Source: Octopus sinensis (lineage: Eukaryota). From it: a stretch of 37,878 nt of DNA. The DNA is taken from contig NW_021835887.1 of NCBI RefSeq assembly GCF_006345805.1, positions 1 through 37,878 of the forward strand, read 5' to 3'. Positions 1 to 11,416 of the stretch are shown here, in pieces (positions within the stretch are counted from its first letter, which is position 1; each line of letters starts with the position of its first letter). The notes beneath the pieces are model-generated. The model did not search any database and had not been told where the DNA came from. It saw only the letters and a list, made by a program, of their open reading frames with translations. Made by a program: the position numbers and the translations under genes.

Positions 1-235
1 AGAAGACAACTAGCTAGATAGATAGACAGGAAGGAAAGAACATAGCGCAAAATAGATTTCCAGAGAAACGCATTGAAATCAAATTAGGGAACCGCAGGCG
101 CATATGTAGATGTCATACCTGTAATAACGTGTCTGTTTATAGATTTATGTAAATATAAGTTTGTGTGTATTTATGTAAAAATATGTTTGTGTAAATGTAT
201 ACGCGTTACAGCGTGTTTATTTGAATAAGAGTGTA

Positions 236-498
236 CGAGGTCTGATCGAAATTTATCGAGACTGTTTCTATACGAAAGTACCCAGGGTGAAGCCGCTTAG
301 CACAGATTGACCTTGAACTCAGTCGCGCATGCGTAATAAGTTATGACATTCCCTTTTAGTTTCGTTGTTTATTGTAGTGCTTCAAGGTAAAGTGTGTGGA
401 GTGTGGTCGTCTCACCACAGCACAGAGGTTTCATCAGTGACCATGGCAGAAAAATATGTGGCTGTGTGTGCATGCGTGCGTGAGTGTGTGCGTGAATG

Positions 499-529
<31 letters not shown>

Positions 530-811
530 TGTGTGTGTGTGTCCATAGAAAGAGACAAGGTTTGAAGATTATTACGGCCAAGAAACTTTCCAAAAATCAC
601 ATCCCACTTGAGCCAATTTGAACAAGATTTCAAGACGCCGGAGAAATCGAGAATGCGACGAGGCAGCTGCACGCTCCCTCAAAAACAAGGAATTCCAGGA
701 ATACTTCCATCAATAGAAACGACGCTGAATAAAGCGGGTGGCTTCAGAAGAGGACTAACTACCCAGTTGATATGTGTTGTGGTTTTCTTTTTATAGCACC
801 AGTCCCGATAT
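236..811 (+). mobile_element. Internally deleted mariner-type DNA transposon remnant
   Basis: TA followed by CGAGGTCTGATCGAAATTTATCGAGACTG at 236; partial inverted copy CAGTCCCGATA near 800-810. Interior reads like the transposase N-terminus (ACGGCCAAGAAACTTTCCAAAAA, ~TAKETFQK with a frameshift) and C-terminus (RFQDAGEIENATRQLH...EFQEYFHQ*KRR*). A (GT)n tract lies inside. Confidence 0.65.
464..542. repeat. (GT)n microsatellite
   Basis: Direct reading. Confidence 0.95.
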
Positions 812-1145
812 TCAAATAGTTGTTTGTACATGTGTATCGATATGCACTCATTAGGTAGATGACCAAGGTTTTATATCACAGGGTGTTTATAATATATCAC
901 ATTGAATGTTGGTAGTGAAGTGTTTATAAGATATCAGATAGATGATATAATATTTATGTAGGATATGTGCTATACTGGATTGAAGTCGATACGTTAGTAG
1001 TGCGTGTTTTAATGATTCCAAGCTCAGTTTGTAATAGTGATATGTTGGTTAACTATATGTTGATTGATAGGGATTGTCATGACTGGAATGTCTATTATTA
1101 TGTCTTATAAATCTGGACTGACTTCATCCTAAATATTGATTTCAA

Positions 1146-1358
1146 ATTTCAAATTTTGGCATAAGATCAGCAATTTCGACGGAAGGGGTAACTCGATTAC
1201 ATTGACCCCAGTTTTCAACTGGTATTTATTTTATCGACTCCGAAAGGATGAAAGGCAAAGTCGACTTCGGCGGAATTTGAACTTAGACCATAAAGGCGGA
1301 CATAATGCCGCTAAGCATTTTGTGCAGCGTGCTAACGATTCAGCCAGCTCGTCGCCTT
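1146..1358 (-). mobile_element. SINE family B copy
   Basis: Reverse complement of the element at 21323-21535 (GGATGAAAGGCAAAGTCGAC core, GCTAAGCATTT, CCAGCTCGTCGCCTT head). Confidence 0.9.
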
Positions 1359-1600
1359 AAAAGCATTCTAGATAATAACAAAGCAAGATCGACAACAGAC
1401 ACCCCTGCACCCCACGAGACTGGGACCATCACATCCCTGTTAACGTTCTGCTTAAACTGTCGCAAGGAATTATGTACAAGAAAGGCAAGAACAGGTGGAG
1501 CAAAGGGTTTGTAAAGGGCCCACGTTTTGCGAAGGAATATCTGGGAGACGTGCTTAATTCCCTAGCATTTAAACCGGTCGCACATAGCAGTTTCAAAACA

Positions 1601-1659
1601 CAGTCTCTGATGAAACTACTTGCCTGGCAAATAAAACACCAGCGCTGTATCTAAGACTG
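1601..1659 (+). ncRNA. Possible decayed type I hammerhead ribozyme
   Basis: CAGTCT-CTGATGA ... TA-AGACTG gives a perfect 6-bp stem I; palindrome CAGCGCTG in stem III position; but GAAA box reads TAAAAC. Confidence 0.35.
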
Positions 1660-1954
1660 CGACCAGCACTCCTGAATAGGAACTCAGTGCTGTTAATAAC
1701 AGTATCATTGAAAAATTCACTGAGGAATATTTCCTCAACTGTTGTTATGGGTATTTAACCTCAAGTCTCTTGTAGATATATGAACGAAGACATGACAGTC
1801 GTGCCAATAGCGTCTTTTTCTAAAGCAGTGTATCTAGAACTAAATCAATTTGTGCCCTTTTCATTAGAAGACAGTGAGTGTGTGACATAAAAAGGGATTG
1901 GGTTACTACCTTCAGATTGGCTCCTTTTATATTCTAGGTCAGAATACCTATAAT

Positions 1955-2500
1955 TCTGTGAGCAAAGCTAGAAAAGCTAACGAGGACCATTTTCTGAGTT
2001 TCCTGATAGAAACGTTAACAACATTGCCCTATTATTTATGGGTCACTACAGAAGGGTTATAAAGAGGAACCTACTTCCTGTGAGCCAGGATAGAAGGTAT
2101 AAAACCAAGAACTTCTTTTCTGTAGGCCAAGATATAAGGGTTACAAATGCAACCCTATTTTTTGCAGCCTAAGATAGAAGAGCTAAGAATTATAACCTAC
2201 TTTCTTTAAGCCAAGATAGAAGGGCTCACAAGGAGAATTTGAGGGCTTTCTGTGAGTCAATATAGAAGGGTTCGATCTATTTTGTTGGGGTCAGTATAGA
2301 ACACATTTTTGAGGGCCAAGATAAAATGGCTACGACCAGGAGCATATTCTATGTGATTCAAAATAAAAGAGTTACAAATGTGACCTTATTTTGTGTACGT
2401 TTAGGACAGAAGGGCTACAAGGAAATCACATATTATTGATCAATAGAAAAAGGTTAACAATATGACCGTAATTTCTGGGGACACCAGCTGGAAGGGCAAA
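1955..2500. repeat. Degenerate minisatellite, ~42-bp unit
   Basis: Units starting near 2040, 2082, 2124, 2166, 2208 share (G)AGCCAAGATAGAAGGGTTACAAA...CCTATTTTCTGT; more diverged units on both sides. Confidence 0.8.
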
Positions 2501-2673
2501 CAAACTAAACATACAATGTGTTGTGTGTTATCGCCACCAACCTAGAATGGACTTCGTATTCAATGACATGAAATATATGGCTTCATAATTCCCAGAAGCG
2601 TCATAATTCTTGTGATTACTATTCCAGACTTTGATTTGTTCAGTTTAACATAGAGATTTACATTGTTAGCAGC

Positions 2674-2830
2674 CGTGGTGGAAATGGTGGTGGTGATTGT
2701 GGTGGTGGTGAAAATGGTGGTGGTGGTGATGGTGGTGGTGGTGGTGGTGGTGGTGGTGGTGGTGGTGGTGGTGGTGGTGGCGGTAGTAGTTGAGCTGGTA
2801 GAGTGGATGAGGGTGCTGAGATGGAGGTGG
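2674..2830. repeat. (GGT)n microsatellite
   Basis: Direct reading; source of poly-Pro/His/Val ORFs. Confidence 0.95.
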
Positions 2831-3059
2831 AGATGTTATGAATGATAGTGAGGCTGAAGCTATATATGCGCACATATGGGTATATACACAGCATATGCCT
2901 ACATATACATATATATACACGGACACACACACACGTACATACATATACGATCATTTGTATATATATATACACAGACACACGTACACACATGTATGTTGAC
3001 ATAGGCTGGCGGGGGAGGGAAGGAGGTTGTGTCGACAGATGCAGCAGTTGTTGATTTGG

Positions 3060-3330
3060 CAGTGGTTGTGGTGGTGCAATTGTGAGGGATAATGTTGTGT
3101 TGGTGGTAGTGGTTCTGAGATGGCAGAGGTAGAAGTGGTGGTGGTGGTGGTGGTGGTGGCGGCGGTGGTGATGGTGTGGTGGTTGGTGGTAGAGGAGTGG
3201 TGGTGGTGGTGGTGGTGGCGGCGGTGGTGATGGTAGTGGTGGTGGTGGTAGAAGTGGTGGTGGTGGTGGTGGTGGTGGCGGCGGTGGTGATGGTAGTGGT
3301 GGTGGTGGTAGAAGTTGTGGTGGTGGTGGT
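3060..3330. repeat. (GGT)n-derived array with ~60-bp higher-order period
   Basis: GTAGAAG(TGG)nCGGCGGTGGTGATGGT recurs at about 3129, 3188, 3248 and partially 3308. Confidence 0.9.
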
Positions 3331-3537
3331 TGCTCGTAATTTCGTTCATGTCATAGCACCGCTACTTAAACGTCGGGCATTATCGAATCCGTCAGAGTGT
3401 GAGTTCCATTTCCGGTTCGGAATCATTTCCCTCGCGTCATTAACGTGATTGAGTACAGCATGAACATCACAACATCACACCTTTACTTTCAACTTTACAC
3501 TGCTGTTTGAACGGTTATTTGTTGCTCACAACACTGC

Positions 3538-3745
3538 ATATACATGAGTGTGTGTATGTGTTTGTGTGTATATGTGAATACATACACACATATATATATG
3601 TACATATATATATATATGTACATATATATATATATACACACATACACATATATATATACCCATGCATGTAGATATTTGGTTGGGTGTATGCGGACTATAT
3701 ATATATATATGGGCATATGTACAAGCGTCTGTTTGTATGCATGCG

Positions 3746-3821
<76 letters not shown>

Positions 3822-3830
3822 GTGTGTGTG
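3538..3830. repeat. Compound (TA)n/(CA)n/(GT)n microsatellite
   Basis: Direct reading. Confidence 0.9.
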
Positions 3831-3926
3831 CAGCAGTCTTCATTATAACAACATCGACCAATAGTCAACTTGGGGGCGCTTTTATTTCATCCGGTTCTCT
3901 GACTTAACTATTTGTGTAGGTGTTTG

Positions 3927-4111
3927 ACTACTACTACTACTACTACTACTAATAATAATAATATAATAATAATAATAATAATAATACTACTACTACTGTT
4001 ACTACTACTACTACTGCTACTACTACTACTACTGCTACTACTACTACATCTACTACTACTTCTACTACTATTGCTACTACTACTATTGTTGATACTTACT
4101 ACTTACTACTA

Positions 4112-4157
<46 letters not shown>

Positions 4158-4216
4158 GACTAATACTACTACTACTATTTATGTAGGTGTTTGTCTACTA
4201 CTACTACTACTACTGT

Positions 4217-4249
<33 letters not shown>

Positions 4250-4281
4250 TACTACTACTACTACTACTTCTACTACTATTG

Positions 4282-4326
<45 letters not shown>

Positions 4327-4686
4327 TTGCTTTTACTACTACTACTATTACTATTGCTTTTACTACTACTACTACAACTATTGCTTCTACTACTACTATT
4401 ACTACTACTATTGCTACTACTATACTACTACTACTACTACTACTACTACTACAACTACTACTATCACTAAAACTATTACTACTAACATTCCTACCACCAC
4501 TATTACTATTACCGTCATTAACACTACTAATACTATCTCTACCATTATTAGTATTACCCTACTATTCTACGACACCTACTATAATACAACAACCGTTATT
4601 ACTATTGCTAAAACTACCACTAATACCACCACCAACAACAACAACACTATTATTACTACTATTCCTACTGTAGCTTCGACTACTTT

Positions 4687-4734
<48 letters not shown>

Positions 4735-4765
4735 AATTACTACTACTGCTGCTGCTACTACTACA
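3927..4765. repeat. Compound trinucleotide array (ACT)n/(AAT)n/(GCT)n
   Basis: Direct reading; source of poly-Thr/Tyr/Leu ORFs. Confidence 0.95.
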
Positions 4766-5863
4766 TCCTATATACATAAGTTAAAATATGCATAATTTAT
4801 ATATTTATACACTCATCTACGTATATTAATACATGCATACATGCATACATACAAACATATATACATACATTAATACCTGCGCACACACATGTATACATAC
4901 ATGCACCTATACATACATACATGCATACATACATGTGTACACATCGACATATGTTACAATGTCAGTGATTAACAGCTAATTACATCATAATAGCTACAAT
5001 GGTAGAACAGGAACCGGATATAGTTTTAATAGCCAACATTAGGAACGCATTACCACCACCACCACCACCATCATCATCCCCACCACCGAAGCCACTACTA
5101 TCCCCACCACCGACACCCTCACCACTATCACCACTATCACGAAACGAGTATTAATGTTGTCCTTATTCCTTTCCTTGTACAGTAACAGAGCTGGGCAGTA
5201 GCGGGAGCATAGCAATCATGAAGAAAAAACACCAAAACTTACGCAGTTTCTAGATGATATACACACCAGAAATTATTTGAACCAGAAATTGCAGGAGCTA
5301 CTTAACGATGTTGAGAAGTCTTTCTCTTCGCGGTGACAAGGTCATTCACTTACTTAACAATACCTTTGCGTTATCAATGTATATGTTAGAGTTACAAGCG
5401 TTTTGTCCCTTAAACTGTATGATCTATGTGTGTTGTTCGATGTAACAATGGATCGTTATAAAGCAGTTCATAATTGAAATGGTTTGTCGTGGGCAACAGG
5501 GAAAGTAAATATTTCGGTCAGTAACATTTGTTAAAGTTTACATGTTTTCTGGTGACACTGAGGCAGGTAGAGAAAGGCGGAAAGAGTTATAGAAGGAAAG
5601 AGAAAGAAAATGGTGTAGAATAAAGAGGAATAAAAGAATAAAGAAAAAGGTAGGGAAATCAAAAGGTATTTCATGTTAGGCAACGATCAAAGAGGAGAAA
5701 TAATCAAAAGAACGATGGCTAATATGAAAAACGAAGACGGAAATGAGGTCAGGAGAATTGGGGGACTACGAGATAAAGGAGCGAAACATTCATTAACTCT
5801 CTTTAAGACATGATAAAGGAATATTTCTGATTTAATTGATTGACTAATCTAGTAAGGTAATTA

Positions 5864-6731
5864 CGAGGGTAATCCTAAAAGTAAGGTCTCCAAAACTATT
5901 TAGAAATCACAGAAACTTTTATTGTCAATGATGTTTACATCATTTGAAAGTTTGAACATTTATCTATTTTTCCTACATAATTGCCATTTCGGTCGATGCA
6001 TTTTTGTACGCGCTGGGGGCAGTTTTTGTATGAACATGTCTTACCAGCTCACCGCCAGTTTGTTGAGGGAGCGTTGGACCTCATCTTCAACAGTGTCGTC
6101 GTTGCTGAATCGCGTTCCGGCCAAATGTTTTTCAACTTAGGGAACAGGTAGTAGTCACTGGGTGCCAAGTCCGGACTATAAGGTGGGTCGCCGTTTATGG
6201 TCTTCTGTGAGCATTCGTGGGACCCATCTTGAACACTTTTCCGATATTGCAACTTTTCCCTCAAAACCCTATGAATGGTGCTTCGGGAAACCTCAGGAAC
6301 CAAAATGCGGAGATCATCAAGAGTGATCCGCCGATTTTCATACAGGATTTGCTCAACCTTCGCGACTGGTTCGTCGGAAATTAAGGGTCGGCCGCTTCTT
6401 TCTTCGTCATGAATTTCAGTACAACCAGCTGCAAACTCCCTACACCATTTGCCAACGTTTTTGACATCCATGCACCACTCGTCATACACTTCCGTTAATT
6501 GGCGATGAATTTCTATCGGTTTAATGCCTTTTGCGTTCAAAAACCGAACTTCACACTCGGCGGTAACGTCAGCCGGGAGCTCCATCCGATACTACTGCCA
6601 AGCCAAGACTGAGCGTGGCAGTGAGGTGCGCGTAGGGGCAGGCTCAGGCGCATGCACACCAAACAGAACAGTGTTGCCAATAGCCGCACGCATAGTTTCC
6701 CTGCGTCCCCAGAATTTTAAAGACCTTACTT
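5864..6731 (-). mobile_element. Mariner element, internally deleted, non-autonomous
   Basis: TA+CGAGGGTAATCCTAAAAGTAAGGTCT at 5864; inner 11 nt of the opposite TIR (AGACCTTACTT) at 6721-6731; transposase remnant inside. Confidence 0.9.
6049..6585 (-). pseudogene. Mariner transposase pseudogene
   Basis: HTH region (IEIHRQLTEVY, DEERSGRP, ENRRIT), WVPR motif in a shifted frame (KCSRWVPRMLTEDHKR), then a jump straight to PPYSPDLAPSDYYLFPKLK; the first two catalytic Asp regions are missing. Confidence 0.92.
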
Positions 6732-7597
6732 CTGTTATGGAAGGATTTAAAGACAGAAAATAAATATACGATATTATATACAATGAGGTCTCAAGTACGG
6801 AACTCTTCATGAACTGTTTCCAACGCATCTGTGACTATGATTACAATTATTCTAAGAGATCTGATAACACTTGAAATGACGGCAATTCAACTTCGACTTA
6901 GGCTTTCAAATAACAGTCAACAGCCACTTCAAAGACGACAATATCGATATTTTCACAAATACAGCACGAACCAGTATTAAAACACAACAAGCCACGTCAC
7001 ATTTTATCAAACTACGCCACGCCACTTTGTATTACTTCGAACTATGTTATTTCAAGCAATACTCATGAAATACAAAAACTGCCCTTCATTTGGTTCTTGA
7101 ACATCCAGAATTGGGATTTGATTTAAAAGCATTTGGGTTGCTAATTCTAACAGGTAAAGCTTAGCTGATTCACGACATCTTGGTTGGCGGTTTTCAGACG
7201 ATGGCTGAGATCAAGGGTAGGGGGTAAATGACATTCGCTCCGTTAATTTTACATCGAGTTAAGAACTTTGGGACAAAATTAGCCAACAGTTGGAACAATA
7301 GAATGATTGCATTACAAGGGTTAATTCTCATCCGCCCTTAACCTCTGATCAAACACCACCAGGGCATACAGTCATTATAGATGTTTTATAGTCATGATAT
7401 TTAGTTCTGTTTAGCTTTGGGCCAAACGCCCAATTAGCCATCTGCAGGAGCTAGCTTGAAAGGTCGCATGGAGTGCGATTTTAAGCTAGTATATATACAT
7501 ATATATATATGTATATAATTGGTAAAGAGGACAACAAACGTTAAGGCAAGGCTAACATATCAAGTCACATACGTTGTCATTATTAGAAAAAATCAAA

Positions 7598-7653
7598 GTC
7601 CTACAGCTGTTTCTGGAATATCCCAGAGTATGGAATATTCCATCATCAGAGAC
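7598..7653 (-). ncRNA. Minimal type I hammerhead ribozyme (Penelope-like element type)
   Basis: Minus strand: GTCT CTGATGA TGGAATATTCCA-TACTC-TGGGATATTCCA GAAAC AGCT GTA GGAC; complete core, 12-bp stem II, palindromic stem III, 4-bp stem I. Confidence 0.85.
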
Positions 7654-7749
7654 AAATAGGGAAATGAGAAGGGCACAGATTAATGAAATGACAGCACTTA
7701 CCTAGCGTACCTAACCGTTTAGATCACTTGTGAACTAAACCCTCATACT

Positions 7750-8136
<387 letters not shown>

Positions 8137-8369
8137 TCTGAGTGGAGTAAATGTAGGTTTAATAGCTTCAAACATACAATATAAGCTGAAAGACAACAGC
8201 CAGGACCCTGCTAAATTAGTTTTAGACACCACCACATTCCAAGACTAATCACGTGTCTTGTCATAGTTCGTGTTGAATAACATTTATATAGATTTTGGTA
8301 AAACGGATTGGATGAGAAGATGACTGGTAAAAAGGCTGGATGGAGACAGGATGTGAATGGGGGCTAGTG

Positions 8370-8830
8370 GGACCGATGGAAGGGTGGGTGAACGGATCGA
8401 TGGATGGAAGGATGGATGGATGGATGGATGGATGGATAAATGCATGGATGACTGAATAAAAAAAGAGAGGGAGAAAACAAACGAGGGATCGATAGTTAGA
8501 GGAATTGATCGATCTACGTTAAATTAGATGGTGGCTTCAATGGTTTGATCTGTATCAATAGACGTCTTGATGGCATTTTGGATCGGTGAATGGAGGGCAT
8601 AAGTATCGATCTAAAGATGAATGAGTGAGGAATGGATCGGTAGGAAGATGGATGAATGGATGGATGGATGAATGGCTAGATGGATGGATCGATGGATGGC
8701 TAGATGGATGGATCGATGGATGGACGGTGGTGATGGAAGTTTATGAAGAAATGTTTCGATGGTTGGGTAAACAAATAAATGGGGTGATTGATCCATTGGT
8801 CGATTGAGCGATTGATCAATGGGTTCGTGG
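8370..8830. repeat. Degenerate (GGAT)n repeat
   Basis: Pure runs at 8400-8450 and 8647-8725 with decayed flanks. Confidence 0.8.
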
Positions 8831-9089
8831 AGGGATCTCTACAGCTTCTTCTGTGCTAATGCGCGGAAACAAGCCCCCACAACCTCTCAGCTACTGAACT
8901 CTGAAATGAAACCTTCATTCTAGCTACCGTTTCTCTAACGTTTATCATTTCTTAAAACGCGTTCACACATACATACACACACATACATACATAAAAATAC
9001 GTTTATAGGTATTTGTGTGAGAGTTTGTGTGCCCATACACACACACACACGTATATAATATATATATATATATATATATACATATATAT

Positions 9090-9227
9090 AGTTTTATGAG
9101 CTTAGATTTTATAAGCGATCACCGTGACCGTGCACGACTAAAGAAAATAGTCTGATAATGCGAAATATAAGCTATTTCCTTCAGTCATTGCGCGGTGATC
9201 ACTTATAAGCCTTAGCTTATAAAATAC
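9090..9227. mobile_element. Probable MITE / fold-back element with ~35-bp imperfect inverted ends
   Basis: TTTTATGAGCTTAGATTTTATAAGCGATCACCGTG versus CGCGGTGATCACTTATAAGCCTTAGCTTATAAAA (reverse-complement match with several mismatches). Confidence 0.55.
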
Positions 9228-9285
9228 AAATATTATTGACGAAATTGTTGTAAAAATTAATGTTGCTCATCAGACAGCATCGCAA

Positions 9286-9318
<33 letters not shown>

Positions 9319-9549
9319 TATATATATATATATATTATATATATATACACAACACACACATATATGAGCATAGACCTAATACATACATAGATACATAGAC
9401 ACATACACACACAACAATGGAATAAATCGTCTGTTGTTAAACCTGAAGAGAAATTGCTTCCACCAGATTTTCAGTGGCCATGGTATTCTGTATTGCATGA
9501 TGGCGTCCCTAGGATTTCGTCACAATTCTAGGACAAGAGAAATGCGCTC

Positions 9550-9692
9550 GCGTGCGTGTGTGTCAGTGTGTGCATATGTGTGTGCGCGTTCGTGTGAGTA
9601 TACGTGTGTATATGTATGGCTGTATGTGTGTATGTTTGTACGTGTGTATGCATGTGTGTGCGTGTGCGTGCACGCGTATGTGTGTCTTTGTT

Positions 9693-9723
<31 letters not shown>

Positions 9724-9765
9724 TGTGTGTGTGTGTGTGTTAGTGTGTGTTGTGTGCGCGTGCGT
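9550..9765. repeat. Degenerate (GT)n microsatellite
   Basis: Direct reading. Confidence 0.9.
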
Positions 9766-10068
9766 AATATCGATCACCCAAAGGTTTGACTAATGTAAAT
9801 AATGGTATATAGTTGAGTGAATACTCTACAAATATCGGCTGTTTGATCTTCTACTAATGAGCGAAATCAATAATATTTATAATGATTACCAAAATAATCC
9901 TGACGACGACAAAGATCTGGTTTCTACGAAACAACAAAGAAACCCGCGCCACAGAAGGAACTGGTTATCACGTGACATACGTGACATGATGTCACCGTCG
10001 CGAGAGATGTGTGACTAGAGATTGTGAAAGTGATTTGCTAAAATTGATCAGAAAAATAGACAGTACTA

Positions 10069-10244
10069 GGCGCAGGAGTGGCTGTGTGGTAAGTAGCTTG
10101 CTTACCAACCACATGGTTCCGGGTTCAGTCCCACAGCGTGGCACCTTGGGCAAGTGTCTTCTACTATAGCTCGGGCCGACGAAAGCCTTGTGGTGGATTT
10201 GGTTAACGGAAACTGAAAGAAGCCCGTCGTATATATAATTATAT

Positions 10245-10305
<61 letters not shown>

Positions 10306-10541
10306 CAGTGTGTGTGTATGTGTGTGTGTGTGTGTGTGTGTTTGTGTGTCTGTGTTTGTCCCCCCAGCATCGCTTGACAACCGATGCTGGTTTATTTACG
10401 TCCCCGTCATCTAGCGGTTCGGCAAGGGAGACCGATAGAATAAGTACTAGGCTTACAAAGAATAAGTCCTGGTGTCGATTTGCTCGACAAAAGGTGGTGC
10501 TCCAGCACGGCCGCGGTCAAATGACTGAAGCAGGTAAAAGA
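10069..10541 (+). mobile_element. tRNA-derived SINE family A, full length
   Basis: Head GGCGCAGGAGTGGCTGTGTGGTAAG (A box) ... GGGTTCAGTCCC (B box); internal (TA)n(GT)n; near-identical to 10828-11305. Confidence 0.92.
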
Positions 10542-10827
10542 CCAAAAAATGAAACCTCATATAGTCGTTTGACTTAACAGAAATAGCAACCAAATTTTGC
10601 ACAATTAAAAGTCTGCTCTTATGGAGGATACAGTAATATTGCCTGAGGTAAACTACTTCTGAACAAATGGGATAGCAATGGTAAGATTGTTTATGATCAT
10701 AGATCAAGGTCTAAAAGATGCAACAATAATGATCAGACTTCAAACAATGAAAGCGTAAAGCTTAACAGTAATACTCGCCACCATTTTACATATGATAAAG
10801 ACACTTTATAAAATGCAAACATACATA

Positions 10828-10999
10828 GGCGCAGGAGTGGCTGTGTGGTAAGTAGCTTGCTAACCAACCACATGGTTTGCGGGTTCAGTCCCACTGCGTG
10901 GCATCTTGGGCAAGTGTCTTCGGCTATAGCCCCGGGCGACGACAATGCCTTGTGAGTGGATTGGTAGACGGAAACTGAAAGAAGCATGTCGTATATATG

Positions 11000-11093
<94 letters not shown>

Positions 11094-11305
11094 TGAGTCT
11101 GTGTTTGTCCCCTAGCATTGCTTGACAACCGATGCTGATGTGTTTACGTCCCCATCACTTAGCGGTTCGGCAAAAGAGACGGATCGAATAAGTACTGGGC
11201 TTACAAAGAATAAGTCCCGGGGTCGATTTGCTCGACTAAAGGCGGTGCTCCAGCATGGCCGCAGTCAAATGACTGAAACAAGTAAAAGAGTAAAAGAGCA
11301 AAGAG
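10828..11305 (+). mobile_element. tRNA-derived SINE family A, full length
   Basis: Same head, body and internal microsatellite as 10069-10541; short repeated tail GTAAAAGA. Confidence 0.92.
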
Positions 11306-11376
11306 AAAACACATCAACGCGAGGACGTGTAACAAGTATAGTGTTAGTGGACGCTCAGGGAAGAAAAGAAAGAAGG

Positions 11377-11416
11377 ATGACTTAACGTTTCGAGCGGAGC
11401 TCTTCGTCAGAAACAT
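11377..11416 (-). ncRNA. Minimal type I hammerhead ribozyme (Penelope-like element type)
   Basis: Minus strand: ATGTTT CTGACGA A GAGC-TCC-GCTC GAAACGTT AAGTCAT; both core boxes, 4-bp stem II, loopless palindromic stem III (AACGTT), imperfect stem I. Confidence 0.7.

Noticed and set aside
405-446. CTGATGA on the minus strand with flanking GGTC/GACC pairing
   Set aside because: Second box is GAGAC with no UH site, and it lies inside the mariner remnant.
1955-2500. Periodic motif resembling a CRISPR array
   Set aside because: Whole units are similar (no unique spacers), no cas genes, eukaryotic context.
9265-9280. CTGATGAG on the minus strand
   Set aside because: No GAAA box or stem II downstream.
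9897-9940. CTGACGA ... GAAAC on the + strand
   Set aside because: No stem II closing pairs, no GUH and no stem I partner.
10069-10135. tRNA-like heads here and at other SINE copies
   Set aside because: A/B boxes present but no complete cloverleaf; they continue into SINE bodies, so not tRNA genes.
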